DNA of 64,000 nt. It comes from Setoptus koraiensis (lineage: Eukaryota; Animalia; Arthropoda). The notes under the pieces are model-generated. The model worked only from the letters and a program-made list of their open reading frames with translations, was not told the origin of the DNA and did no database searches. The stretch covers positions 23,994,001 to 24,058,000 of the forward strand of contig CM106585.1 of NCBI GenBank assembly GCA_048013815.1, given 5' to 3'. Positions 25,797 to 37,012 of this stretch are shown one piece after another; position 1 is the first letter of the stretch; every line of letters starts with the position of its first letter. Made by a program: the position numbers and the translations under genes.

Positions 25797-28700
25797 GTGA
25801 GCACACACACACAAAAACAGTTCTCAGCGAGAACCCGTTCGAACCTCAATAATACCAGAGTTCTCGAATTATCCACTGCTCTCTGTGTGTCTCTCGTGCC
25901 GATGCAAAACGGCCATTAGTACGTGCAAGAGCAAACCATTCTCTTTTCGCTGTGTGTCATAGGCAAAAAGAAACCCTCTGAAATGCCGCTCCCATTCCAA
26001 CACGTACGCTATAATATATTGAATATATGTGCGAATCAGCAACCTGTACACTTAACAACAAGTTTTTTCCGTTTTGCAGCTTAGGTGCAAAAAGTGAGAA
26101 GAGTTGCCAGGTTTGCAGCGTTTGTTTGTGACGGAACAAAAAGAGAGCGTCTCGTAAATTCCGGCAATTCTCGTCTCGCGAACTATTCACCAATGTGGTC
26201 ACCATTTTCGAAGCAGCACGGCGTTCGCAAAGGAACAAACGTAGCGCAACAGACACTTGATAACAGCACTGTTAATCAAGTGATTATTCTTTGTGTCGCT
26301 GTCGAACAGTGATGCGTAGTGTTCGTCGCCGACAGTTTGGCGCTTTCTTTTTTCACAAGACAACCAACGGACGAAAGACAAACAATCGTTTTGTGCCAAT
26401 GTCATCCCTGTCTCACTTTGATAGGTGCTAAAGATAGTAGTGGCAGACACGACGTCGTCGTTCGTGTGCTGGCTTTTACTCTTGTTTGCTGTCCGGTGTC
26501 CAGTGTCCAGCGTCCAGTGTCCGATGTCCGATGTCCGGTGTCCTGTGTCCGACGTGTGATGCTAGATGCGCCATGTGAGATGTGCGATGTGAGATGTGAG
26601 CAAACATTCATCCAGTCTTTATGATTGGTCGGTGTGAACTTGAATCTATTGAAATATATCTTTTGCTTGATACCAAACCGGCCAATGCCGCAAAGCCTAA
26701 ATATAAACATGAAATTGGTGTTAATAGCTTAAGTAAATTCAATTATCTTTGATTCCGACTCTCACTTTTGCTTCTATTAAACTGCTGGCTGCTATTTAAA
26801 TCATTGCAAATAGCGATGATTTAAATATCATGCCAACAACGGGCATTCTTTTTGGGTTTGCTGTGTTCCTTGCGGCCAACTCTGGACGCTGGCTGCAAAT
26901 GTGCAGCCAGTGTTTAGAGAGTGTGTCAATACAGGTTAAGTGGTTGGCAAACAACAACTGGTGCAGCACAGTGGACACATTGACAGAATTGCACCGGACA
27001 CAACAAAACGCTTTGCTTTCCATAGGCTGAAATAGGCTCAGTAGGCTACCTCTCCGATTCTGTTGTCGAGTCTCGTCGTTGTATTCCGACGCTTTTGTTC
27101 CGATTCCGCGTCGGATTCGAGTTTGTCGGAATCGAAGTAATACTCTCAATATATTCCAGACACATACGGCCTGGCACGGGCACACAGACACGGGCACGCA
27201 CTGAGAATTGAGCCGGGGGCTATCTCATCTGTTGTTCTATCTATCCAAAGGAATAGAGAGGAGCTACTTATTTACCAATTGTTCACCACCATTGACAGCG
27301 ATCATCGATGATGGACACGACTCAAGAGTAAACAAACACACTCTCGCCATTTAGACGGCGATTGGAAGGGCAAATAATAAATACACATTTCACTATTCTT
27401 TTTCCAAGCGTCAGACCATTCGTGAACGGACCGCTTTCATGAACTATCCCGTCATAGATTCGATTTGATGATTCCGTTTGCACTATTCAAACATCGTGCA
27501 TACATTGCATGCATTCAACTACTACTGAGCAGCATATATCACTGCCACGGGCATCACAACAGATGCACTTATACGCGGACAGTGCAATAGTGAGACGATT
27601 ACGTGATTGGCCTTCTCGCGCGTCTAATTTGCTTAATTCTGCCAACTCTGCGAATGACCACCAACCAACACACTCAACTATGCAGTGAATTGTAATGACC
27701 ATTCAACATGTGTGTCCCTATGTTTTGCGTAACACCAAGTGAGGATTGCAATGTTTTGTTTTCGACGAGGTGGCCCAAAATCTCTCTATCTAGGCCACTT
27801 GACCAATGCTGTCTGTCTATCGTGTGTAAGTCGCTTGAGGCTATTTTGTGTGGCATCGTTATGTGGCTATTGGCACGACTGCTTATATAGTAGCTTATAT
27901 ATTGTACATTACATACTATAGGGCGGCACGAGAGAAAGTTCCGTTGTTCCGTCTGGTATTTCTGAGATTGTTCAATCTGGCCGATATTCTCTTTGGCGAG
28001 CAATGTACAACAGATTCTGTTGTACATTGCAGTACAATCCTAATCGAATCGTCGGCACTGTTTAGCGCTAATGAATTGAGCAAAGCGAATAAATTGTAAG
28101 CTACTGGCAATCCATAATTACCAGTATGTAGGCAAGCATTCAATATTTATGCAAATGTTCATTGATTTGTTTCATCCATCGCCAACAAGCAAATCTATAA
28201 TAACGCCAAAACGGCGCTGTTTTTGTTGTTGTTTGCCCACGATCAACACAAATGCATTCCTATTTGTGCACTATGAAACTATTAGACAGTATGCATTGTA
28301 GACATAGACATTCCCTCATTCTAACCATACAACAAGCAATAAGATGATGATAAGTGAATAATAATGATAATAAGTGAAAGCGTTTTGTTTCTCCATGTTT
28401 AGCCAGTGGCCATAAAACAGCGACTGAGCAAATAAGTTTCCTTTTTATTCCTTTTTTCCTACTTTGGGAAGCCAAGTTTGAGTGTGTTTGTTCTTGCAAT
28501 TCTTTAAAAGTTTTAGTTCTCACCACACATCAAATGAATCCATCTAGATCTTTGTGAGTCAGTGTGCGTGTGTGTGTGTGTCAGTTGTACTCTCAGGATT
28601 TCTCACAGACACGATTCACCTGATAAATTCAGGTGATCGAACAGTCAAGGTGACAGCTGCTATTGCTGACGATTGTGATGGAGTTGGAGGTGGTGCATGA

Positions 28701-31149
28701 GAGTCGTCATATACACCCGTTCTGTTTGCAAATAAACACTCCAATAACTTTTCCTTTCCATCTCATGAACGCAGACACACCACAAATACATTTAGTGACA
28801 TGTTTGCAGTTTGTTGTTGAAGGTTGTTGTCAACTGCAAACCGCAACAAGCTACTTCTCTTCTTCCATTCCATTCTATTCTATTCTCTTCTTGATTTCGT
28901 GAATTCTTTCAATCTGAGATTGTTCCGATGTCAACTATCGCGTGATTCCAATTTCAATCTTAATGATCAATGATTAAATGAAGGTCCCCACTCAATCAGC
29001 CCTTCAGCAAAGTGTGTCTGTGTATTTATGTCGTGCACTTCATAGCTGGTGAGTTTGTTTAGTTGACCAATGTCACCACAACTGTGTGATTGATGTCGTC
29101 CATTCATCTTGTTGAAGTTGTCAACAAGTTCTAATTTAAGATCATCCCTGCTCCTATCAACTTCACTAATGTATCTACTTGTGTTCTGTGTGCTGTGCCT
29201 ATCGTCATCAGATCACAAACTGATTAAATGTTCTTGATTGGACTTTCTTTTTCTAAAATGATGCTTCCATCATCTAATCAGTAGTGAACGAATAGAAGTC
29301 AAGGAATGTGAAAGCCTATCAGATATCCAAGTATTTTAATCGACACACTCACGCAACATGCACAAACAGGCGAATAAGGTTGCATGTATCAACAAATCAT
29401 AAGTGGTAGCGACACAATTTTCCATCTACAAAGTGATTTGTTGCCTAATAACTGTCTGCCTGTTTGAATGTTTGTCCGTCTCAAATTAGCCAATAGCAAA
29501 CAATGGCAGCATCATAGCAAATTATCCATACATGCAATAAGAATGCTTGTAGAAAACATTGCATAATCGAAAGTAAGTTCAACTATGATGCATCATGTTG
29601 TGAAGCCTAAAATGGGTCATCAATCTCTGTGTTCGAATGTGTTATTTTGTCTATTTGTTCTTCTAAGTGTAGAGGCTGGAAGAGATTTGTGATGGTGTTA
29701 GTTTCATCTTAAAGCGCTGTAGACATTGTCCAGTTGATAAGCATTTCTCGAAGCAAAATGACGCCAAGAATTAATGTGCCCATGAGAAAAGTAATGATGT
29801 ACTTGTTTAACATTATCATCAGAGAGGTCAATGGATTTTGTTTCTAGCAAGCAAGTTTCAAGCCTATGACAAAACAAAAAGAGTGAAGCGTTCTGTTTTG
29901 CAACGACACGGCATCAACAATAATGTTTATGAGTGACCAGAAGTGAACAATTAACGCTTATCATCTATCATTTATCCTGGTCGTTATATCGACCATATAA
30001 CCACTCTGTTCATGTCTGTCTTCGTGTTTGCGGGCATGGATGGTGGGCAGTTTGAGTGGCACAGGCACGTTTCCATGGTCCACAAATTTCAAGGCTTTTT
30101 TGCTATTTCGCTCAGTATCTCTTATCTCATTTACCGTTTTATTTATTCCATCGTGCGTATACAACGCGTGATTGATAGTGTGTGACAGCATTATCCTACA
30201 CTCCTTCATTCCTCAGTCTACTAATGGCGCCGCTCTAATTAAACCTAACCGATGAGCATATGGTCATCATGTCAGGTCATTTAGTCAAACTAGATACTGA
30301 CAATACTGACAATGCTCATCGGAGCCCGGGCTTGGCTTCGAAGAGCCTCAGGCCACTGATATTTGTTGGACTGGACGGAGCGTCACTATTGAGACGAGAT
30401 TATTTGAATGATAATACATCGCCTATATATTCCTTTTGTTTATATCCTGCCCGTGTATTTGAGGTCTACTGATCTTGCGGCCTTTTTGTTGCTCCAATGT
30501 GCTGCGTGGTATGCTGAGAATTGGCCCTATGGAAAGGTGAATATTTTTCAACGATGGCCTACCAGCCCTTGTGCCGACGCTGTGAGCTTAATGTTATGTT
30601 AATGCCAAGGACCCCTAAATGTTATCATGATAGGTTAGGTATTCGTTGTTTGTCATTTGTAATAAAACGGAGACCTTGCAAGCAACACTAAATTGTCGTT
30701 GTTTATCGGGCCTCAAATGCTTTTGGAACTTGACACCAGGGGCTCGCAAGTTGCCAGTTGCAAGTTACAAGTGGCACATGGTTGATATGGTGGCGAGCAG
30801 AGACAACTGTCTGGTCGCCATGTTGGCAAAGCGCATAATCTGGCGCCATTCTATCACCATGCACGTTATGCGAATGTTGTGTGAATCTGTGTGTGTCCAG
30901 GCATCATCATCGGTACCGATGTGACTGCCAGCATAAGTTGTTGGCCTTTAGCCCGCTGTTGTTTGTCTAATGCTGCTAGGCTCGAAATAAATGTTTTTGT
31001 TTTATCCAACTTGTTTCCGTTTACTTTGCTACACTCCAGTATTCAAACAAACCCATCAACACATTTTGTTGATATCGTATGTGATAATAATTTATTTTGA
31101 TGTTGACAAGTTTATTAGATACATATCGCCGATATTATCCTAATTGATA

Positions 31150-34026
31150 ATGGCGATGCAGTCAGACAAAAGGAGCCTCACTCCGTGGCTACTGCTACTG
31201 TCGCCTTTAATTTTAATCTCTTTATATCTACCATTATTAACATGTAATTTGTTGCCTTTGTTACCAAACGATACCAATCACAACCAATCTGTGCATTACT
31301 GGATCCGTCGTCATCAGCGAACAACGTTGGAGTTACCTCGCCCGCAAGAACTAACACACAAACAACTACCTGATCAAAGTAGCGAATTGGCAATCGATTT
31401 CAAGAGCAAACCGTATTTAATGTCGTCATCATCTCCTTCTTCATACCAACAAAATCAACAAAATGAACCAGAACCCGACCCAGAGTCTGTTGACGACTAT
31501 TTAAAACTCATGAAATCGGCAATATATTCCGATGAAACCAACAATCAAACTGCTCTGCTTGAATCTGGTCCAATCAACAACAATCAAACTGCACCATCGG
31601 ACACAGCCACTACCAATCCCATTGTTGATCCAACCAACGATTTGAATTCTGATTTATTGTCATACCATGAGAAAAATCAAGTCAATTTCTATTGGAAGAA
31701 GGCTCAAACAAGCAAATGCAGCAAGGCGTGCGGTGGAGGTAAACTTGAGATCCTGTGGAGATGCCATGATCAAAAATATAATGTCATGGTGGAAAAAGAT
31801 TCTTGTATACAATCTGGCCTCCAGGAACCACCAAAGGAATCAGACGAATTTTGTGGTACTGATTGTCCGCCCGAATGGGTCAAATCTGAATGGAAAGGAG
31901 ACTGCGGCAAATCTTGCCTTCTTGAGCGAGATGTCTTCTGTGCTTATAAGGACAGTAGAGGCGATGAGAAACAAGTCGATAACCTTAGATGTGACCAATC
32001 TATTAAACCTGAGCAACTGATGCGCTGTGAACATTGTTCGTCCCAGCACAATATCAACGAAGCATCTAAAACTTCTGAAGCCTTGCCTCCGACAGCAAGC
32101 ATTAATCACACACACGCAACTACTTTGAATTCAGCAACAAATCAATCAAAAGTTCAAAATGAGCTTGAGATCCCCATCGATAACAGTATAGACATGATGT
32201 CGTCACTATCGTCATCAGATCCATTCGCAATGCAGCATGGACACCATCGCATTGCACCAGATGCATATCGACTTGATGATAGGATTATTAGTCATGGGCA
32301 AGAAATTTATGATCAGCCAACCTACCTTCTGGGCAACTGGTCAAATTGTGAGGCGCCGTGCGGAGGTTTTCGAGGTAAAAGAACTCGTAGTGTCTCTTGC
32401 ACAATGCTCATGCGAGTCTCAAAGACTGCTATAGAATTACCGTTGGTAGAATGTATGGCCACCGAGAAAGAACCTGAAACTGTCGAAGAATGCTGGTCAA
32501 ATCCATGCACTTCAAACGTGAGCAAACTAGCCACAGGATCACTGGAATTCAATCAAGATCAAAATGATGCTAAACAAGAGAACATTTCTGCTGCACAACA
32601 TCGCATGGAAAATGAATTAGAGGCTGGTCACAAGGCGAGGAGCGTTGATAATTCTACCACTTCTGAAGCGGAAAGATTTGTATGGAAAGATCAAGGTTGG
32701 ACACAGTGCTCAGCAGAATGCCTCGAAGGTACTAGAGAAACACTGGTTGTTTGTTGGGATCCCGCGACAAAGGATGTCGTAGACGGTAAACTTTGTTTGA
32801 CAAAGCCAAAGCCACCTATCATTACGGAGGTCTGTGATGCCGGCGAGTGTAATGCCACCTGGACCACTGGACCATGGACACAGTGCACACACAATTGCGG
32901 ATCTTCTGGTAGGAGAGAGAGAATGGTTAGTTGCGAGAAGAGGGTTCCCCTATCTAGTGAGCAAATGTTTTTCGCTGTTTCCAATGACCTTTGTTTAGCA
33001 ACTGGAGTGGCTAAACCCGCATCAGAGGAGCCGTGTAACGTAAAAGATTGCCCTCCACAATGGGTTGCTGGTAAGTGGGGCCATTGCCAGACAGGCGCCA
33101 TGGATTGTGGACCAGGAATCAGCAGAAGAAATTTGGTGTGTGAGCAGGAGTTTGGAAGTGAAGATGGGCCGATAAATCAAACCTTAACCGATGAGTTGAA
33201 GTATGCAATCCGTATATCCAACAGTCAATCAAGTTGGTTTTCTGGTAAAAAAACTAAAGTTCCTTTCGAAATTTGTTTCAATGAACTCAGAACAGTGCCG
33301 GATATTGATAGAAATTGTCATGTAGAATGTATTGGAAAGAATGATATCGGTCAGAAACTGGTTCATGGTTCATACATCGAATCCAATCCAGATCAAAATT
33401 ATGTCCAATCCAGACTTGACAAAACAGTTGTCGGTCTCAAGATAGGAGGTACCGCAACATTATACGCTGGAACTACATTGAAGATACAATGCAAACTTAG
33501 AGCTTATCCAACTTATGGTTACGATGACTATGTCGAAAACAATAGAACCTCAGAGCAATCGAAATCATCCGATAACGCAACAAACAACGAGACATTTCTC
33601 ACCAGTAACAGAGATGACTATCAAAACTCTATTTGGGATAAAGATGGCGTCATTATGTTCCCTAACGGTACGAAGTATTCTGAGAGGTCTCGCAATATGA
33701 AGAAGCCTAATCATGATCTATTTATCGCAACTCCCAAACCTGGCAAATTTAAACTTAACACTGAAATGAGTTCCATAAGAATAAAATGGCTGGAAATTGA
33801 AGATACTGGCAATTACACTTGTTCCTACGGACCTCCATATGCCCGGCAGGCAGCAAGCATTTTCGTCACTGTAAAAAAGAGGCCGGATGACAAGGAGAAG
33901 AGTTTATCCAGCTTTGAAGGAGCCGATCAACTCACAAGAGCTATAAGAAATCACAATGGACGACGAAGAGTAAAGAACAAGAGAAGAATTCGACGACAAC
34001 AGTTACTCTTGTCTTTATCGTCTTGA
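31150..34026 (+). CDS. madd-4: ADAMTS-like secreted protein (MADD-4/Nolo/ADAMTSL1-3 type): signal peptide, six TSP type-1 repeats, one Ig-like domain; 958 aa, single exon
   Basis: N-terminal hydrophobic stretch (WLLLLSPLILISLYLPLLTC). TSR motifs CSKACGGG, WKGDCGKSC, WSNCEAPCGG, WTQCSAEC, WTQCTHNCGSSG and WGHCQTGAMDCGPG. Family-typical LKIGGTATLYAGTTLKIQC leads into an Ig fold (WDKDG...IEDTGNYTC). First ATG is at 31150; the track start at 31144 is TTG. Confidence 0.85.
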   Translation: MAMQSDKRSLTPWLLLLSPLILISLYLPLLTCNLLPLLPNDTNHNQSVHYWIRRHQRTTLELPRPQELTHKQLPDQSSELAIDFKSKPYLMSSSSPSSYQQNQQNEPEPDPESVDDYLKLMKSAIYSDETNNQTALLESGPINNNQTAPSDTATTNPIVDPTNDLNSDLLSYHEKNQVNFYWKKAQTSKCSKACGGGKLEILWRCHDQKYNVMVEKDSCIQSGLQEPPKESDEFCGTDCPPEWVKSEWKGDCGKSCLLERDVFCAYKDSRGDEKQVDNLRCDQSIKPEQLMRCEHCSSQHNINEASKTSEALPPTASINHTHATTLNSATNQSKVQNELEIPIDNSIDMMSSLSSSDPFAMQHGHHRIAPDAYRLDDRIISHGQEIYDQPTYLLGNWSNCEAPCGGFRGKRTRSVSCTMLMRVSKTAIELPLVECMATEKEPETVEECWSNPCTSNVSKLATGSLEFNQDQNDAKQENISAAQHRMENELEAGHKARSVDNSTTSEAERFVWKDQGWTQCSAECLEGTRETLVVCWDPATKDVVDGKLCLTKPKPPIITEVCDAGECNATWTTGPWTQCTHNCGSSGRRERMVSCEKRVPLSSEQMFFAVSNDLCLATGVAKPASEEPCNVKDCPPQWVAGKWGHCQTGAMDCGPGISRRNLVCEQEFGSEDGPINQTLTDELKYAIRISNSQSSWFSGKKTKVPFEICFNELRTVPDIDRNCHVECIGKNDIGQKLVHGSYIESNPDQNYVQSRLDKTVVGLKIGGTATLYAGTTLKIQCKLRAYPTYGYDDYVENNRTSEQSKSSDNATNNETFLTSNRDDYQNSIWDKDGVIMFPNGTKYSERSRNMKKPNHDLFIATPKPGKFKLNTEMSSIRIKWLEIEDTGNYTCSYGPPYARQAASIFVTVKKRPDDKEKSLSSFEGADQLTRAIRNHNGRRRVKNKRRIRRQQLLLSLSS

Positions 34027-35272
34027 TCGCTTGGTAATAATAAATTCAAGAGTATGAATGCTCATTATAATTAGTAGTGTAAACTTGTATCTAGTGTATG
34101 ATGATGTAAACTGTATTTATTTGTATTTCTTTTTGTATTGTGAATGTATGGATGTAGATTCTGATTTTTTCATAAATACTTTAGCTTTAAACCAAGTAAC
34201 TGAAAAGTTTGTTTTTCGCACTATCTGTTCAACCTAGGCTCCCTTTCTTCACATCGCTGCACTGAAAGTATCCTAACTGGTAAGTCAAAGCTAATGGAGA
34301 AAATCGACATTCTTTTAATCGATCTATAAGAAATAGTCTCCAATTCTGTCGTCAAACAAAAAACGTTACATTGCGCCCATCATTGATCCGTCGTATTCAT
34401 CCTCGATAGTATCGACATAGATCAGCTACATAGATTTTTGGCGTCTCAATGAAGAAAGCCTGCGTAATAGAACTCTTCCAGAGCTCACTAATTCCTGGTA
34501 TCAATATTCTACTGAGGACCACGAAAAAAAAGGTGAAAGGACTGCATAATTAATGAAGAGTGCATAATTAAACCCGAATGCGCCTGCAAGGAACTCGGTG
34601 CACCACCTAGAATATCCAGAGATGCGACTATACGGTGGTCATTGATTTTTTTGCGAGGAGTTGTCAAAAAGTATCAAATTTAATGTTAAACAAGAGTTCA
34701 ATACACAAAAGGGGATGCCGAGGTGGATTAGTCCGCAAACTTTGTCGGAAGACAGCCCTGCAACTGCTAGTGAGCTTTACGTGAATCTGGTTCACGCGTG
34801 AATAAAGCACACACAGCTGGTGGAAAAAAGGTCAACCAAAATAAAATCAACTCTTGATACCCAGGAATAGAATAAGGACATTCAAATGTGATTATTACAA
34901 AAACTATTCTTCGGATGGATTTTTGATAGACCTTTTCTTCCTCAGTTCGAGCCGGGGAGTAAATCTAGGCTATAGTTTTGTGGAGGATCTTGTGGGTAGA
35001 AAAGAGGTTTACCTTGTAAATCAAGACCCTGCCATGAGGTCATGAGGAATGGAAGACAATCTACTATTTTCTTTATCATTATTACTAATAGTGATTGATA
35101 ATCATCACTTGTACAATGCAACCAAAGGCATCACAACATTATCTGGTTTAATAGAATGTTGGAATAGGCGACATGTCATAAGCTCATTCACAGAATTGCA
35201 AATAACATTAATGTCCATTCTAGACAGAGATGATTTGGGAAATATCGATGCACCTGTAATATTATTCAGTAG

Positions 35273-36320
35273 CGTCAACACTTGAACACCCCTCAAAACG
35301 ACTCAAAATTGAAGGGCATGGGGCCACCCCAGCCACCACCGAGAACTCAGTCATGCGTCAGGCCAAACGTGGCACCACCACCTCCACCGTCCTCTTCATT
35401 ACCCCCAATTCCTCCAACAATAAATTCTTCTACATCGACAAATTTCGCATCTAGATATAGAGCTCTATTCAAATCTATTTCAGACATTCCTGGACCGGGA
35501 CCATTTACAAATTGCGAAAAGTTGTACCCAAGCCAGCAAGGGAACTGTGTCCAGAGATGTGCGTAATCACATGGCATTTTAAATTTCATGATGCTTTACT
35601 CACACCAGCATCCCAAGACCAGTCAACAAACTTATACATGTTATTTTCAATATATTCGCACACAAACAAGTATTTGTTGATATTAATTATGATTCTGTTA
35701 TGTTACATTTCTAGATTATTGTTTTACTTGATTGCAATAACTGTTATGCAACTGCTGCGACAGATGTCACTGATCAACATATTCGCTTCATCTGATAACC
35801 TGATCATCAAGTGATGCCTATAGCTAGGAGAAGTCGACCAGCACCTGAACCCCCGACAAACAATGACGATACGCAATCATGTTGCGAAGACAACAGTACA
35901 AAAACCACTTCACTGAACAAACATGATTCGAGACCAATAGATCCATCTGAATTGGTAAGGAATCTCACAAATTTTGTTGACAAATCTATTAGCAAACTAT
36001 CCAGCGCCTTGACTTTAGAGAGTCGACCCCTGAATATAGCTGACTCGACAAATATTGCATCATCGAATTTGTGCATCGACTGTTCCACCTGTAATCAGTT
36101 GGGACATTCGCTAACTACCGAGAATCAACACTGTCAACAATTTTCTGTGTCATGCTTACAACCAAATGGTCTAGATCGATCAAATAATGAAAGCTATCAG
36201 CCATCTATCTATCAGGAGCCTTCAACAAATACTTTCGTGGCGTTAGACCAACATTCAACGGCAACATCCAATGGCAATAACAGCACCAATAATATAATCA
36301 ATCCACCTTACAATTATTAG
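35273..36320 (+). CDS. WIP/verprolin-like protein (proline-rich plus WASP-binding motif); predicted exons about 35273/35318-35558 and about 35812/35824-36320
   Basis: PPQPPPRTQS...APPPPP...FASRYRALFKSISDIPGPGPFTNCEKLYPS resembles the WIP WASP-binding consensus (human WIPF1 [28 protein letters not shown], recalled). The downstream ORF begins RRSRPAPEPP, like the RRxRxAPPLPP WIP tail. A phase-1 GTGCGT donor at 35559 is compatible with phase-1 AG acceptors at 35810-35811 or 35822-35823. 5' end uncertain. Confidence 0.6.
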
Positions 36321-37012
36321 TATCACGCAACTGGGGCACCCTATTCTTACAATGCAACCTCATCTTATCTTCAATCAATCTCTAATCAATGATTGTTTCT
36401 TGGACAAAAATAACTACCAGCAACAGCCTCTAGTGAATAACGAGTATTTCTGGAGTCCAAGTTAATTTTCAACGGAGTTGTACACAAGCAGTATAGTCAG
36501 ATGACTTGCTTAAAACATCCTGTAATTAGTTTTATATCAAGAATATGCGACAGAACAAAACGTAATGATTATTTATAGAGTTAACGATAAATACAAGGAG
36601 AACCAACAGATACCGCTCGTACACCAACGCTAAACCAGATAATTAGATATTGTATTGAGTGTCAACCAATCAGTTTTTCTGCCTTGATGGTGGATGATAC
36701 ATTTGATTTGATGATTTCAATCTAAGAGATCCAATATTATTAGCATTTTGTATCAATATAGTATAATACAAATAAAGGTTTGTGTGTTTTTGTATATGCT
36801 ATGGTTTTTGTTGTATTGTTTTCTCCCAACTACTATATTATCTGTCTAGTTGATATCAATTAGACAGCTGTCGATGACATGTACATGTACACAATAATAA
36901 CAATAATATAAATCTATCTCGCTCAATCAAGTATACAATTGATAATTTTTATCTATTTATGTATATATATAAAAACAATGAAAGCTTGATAAAGATTTCT
37001 ATGTAAAGATGG

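Noticed and set aside
30260-30472. Plus-strand ORF containing RPLIFVGLDGASLLRRDYL, resembling the ENPP/AlkP-superfamily xxSxDGFRxDYL motif
   Set aside because: The resemblance is short and gapped, with no downstream nucleophile motif. A profile search would be needed to rescue it.
34810-34823. ACACAGCTGGTGG, matching part of miR-317
   Set aside because: The seed region does not match and no precursor hairpin was seen.
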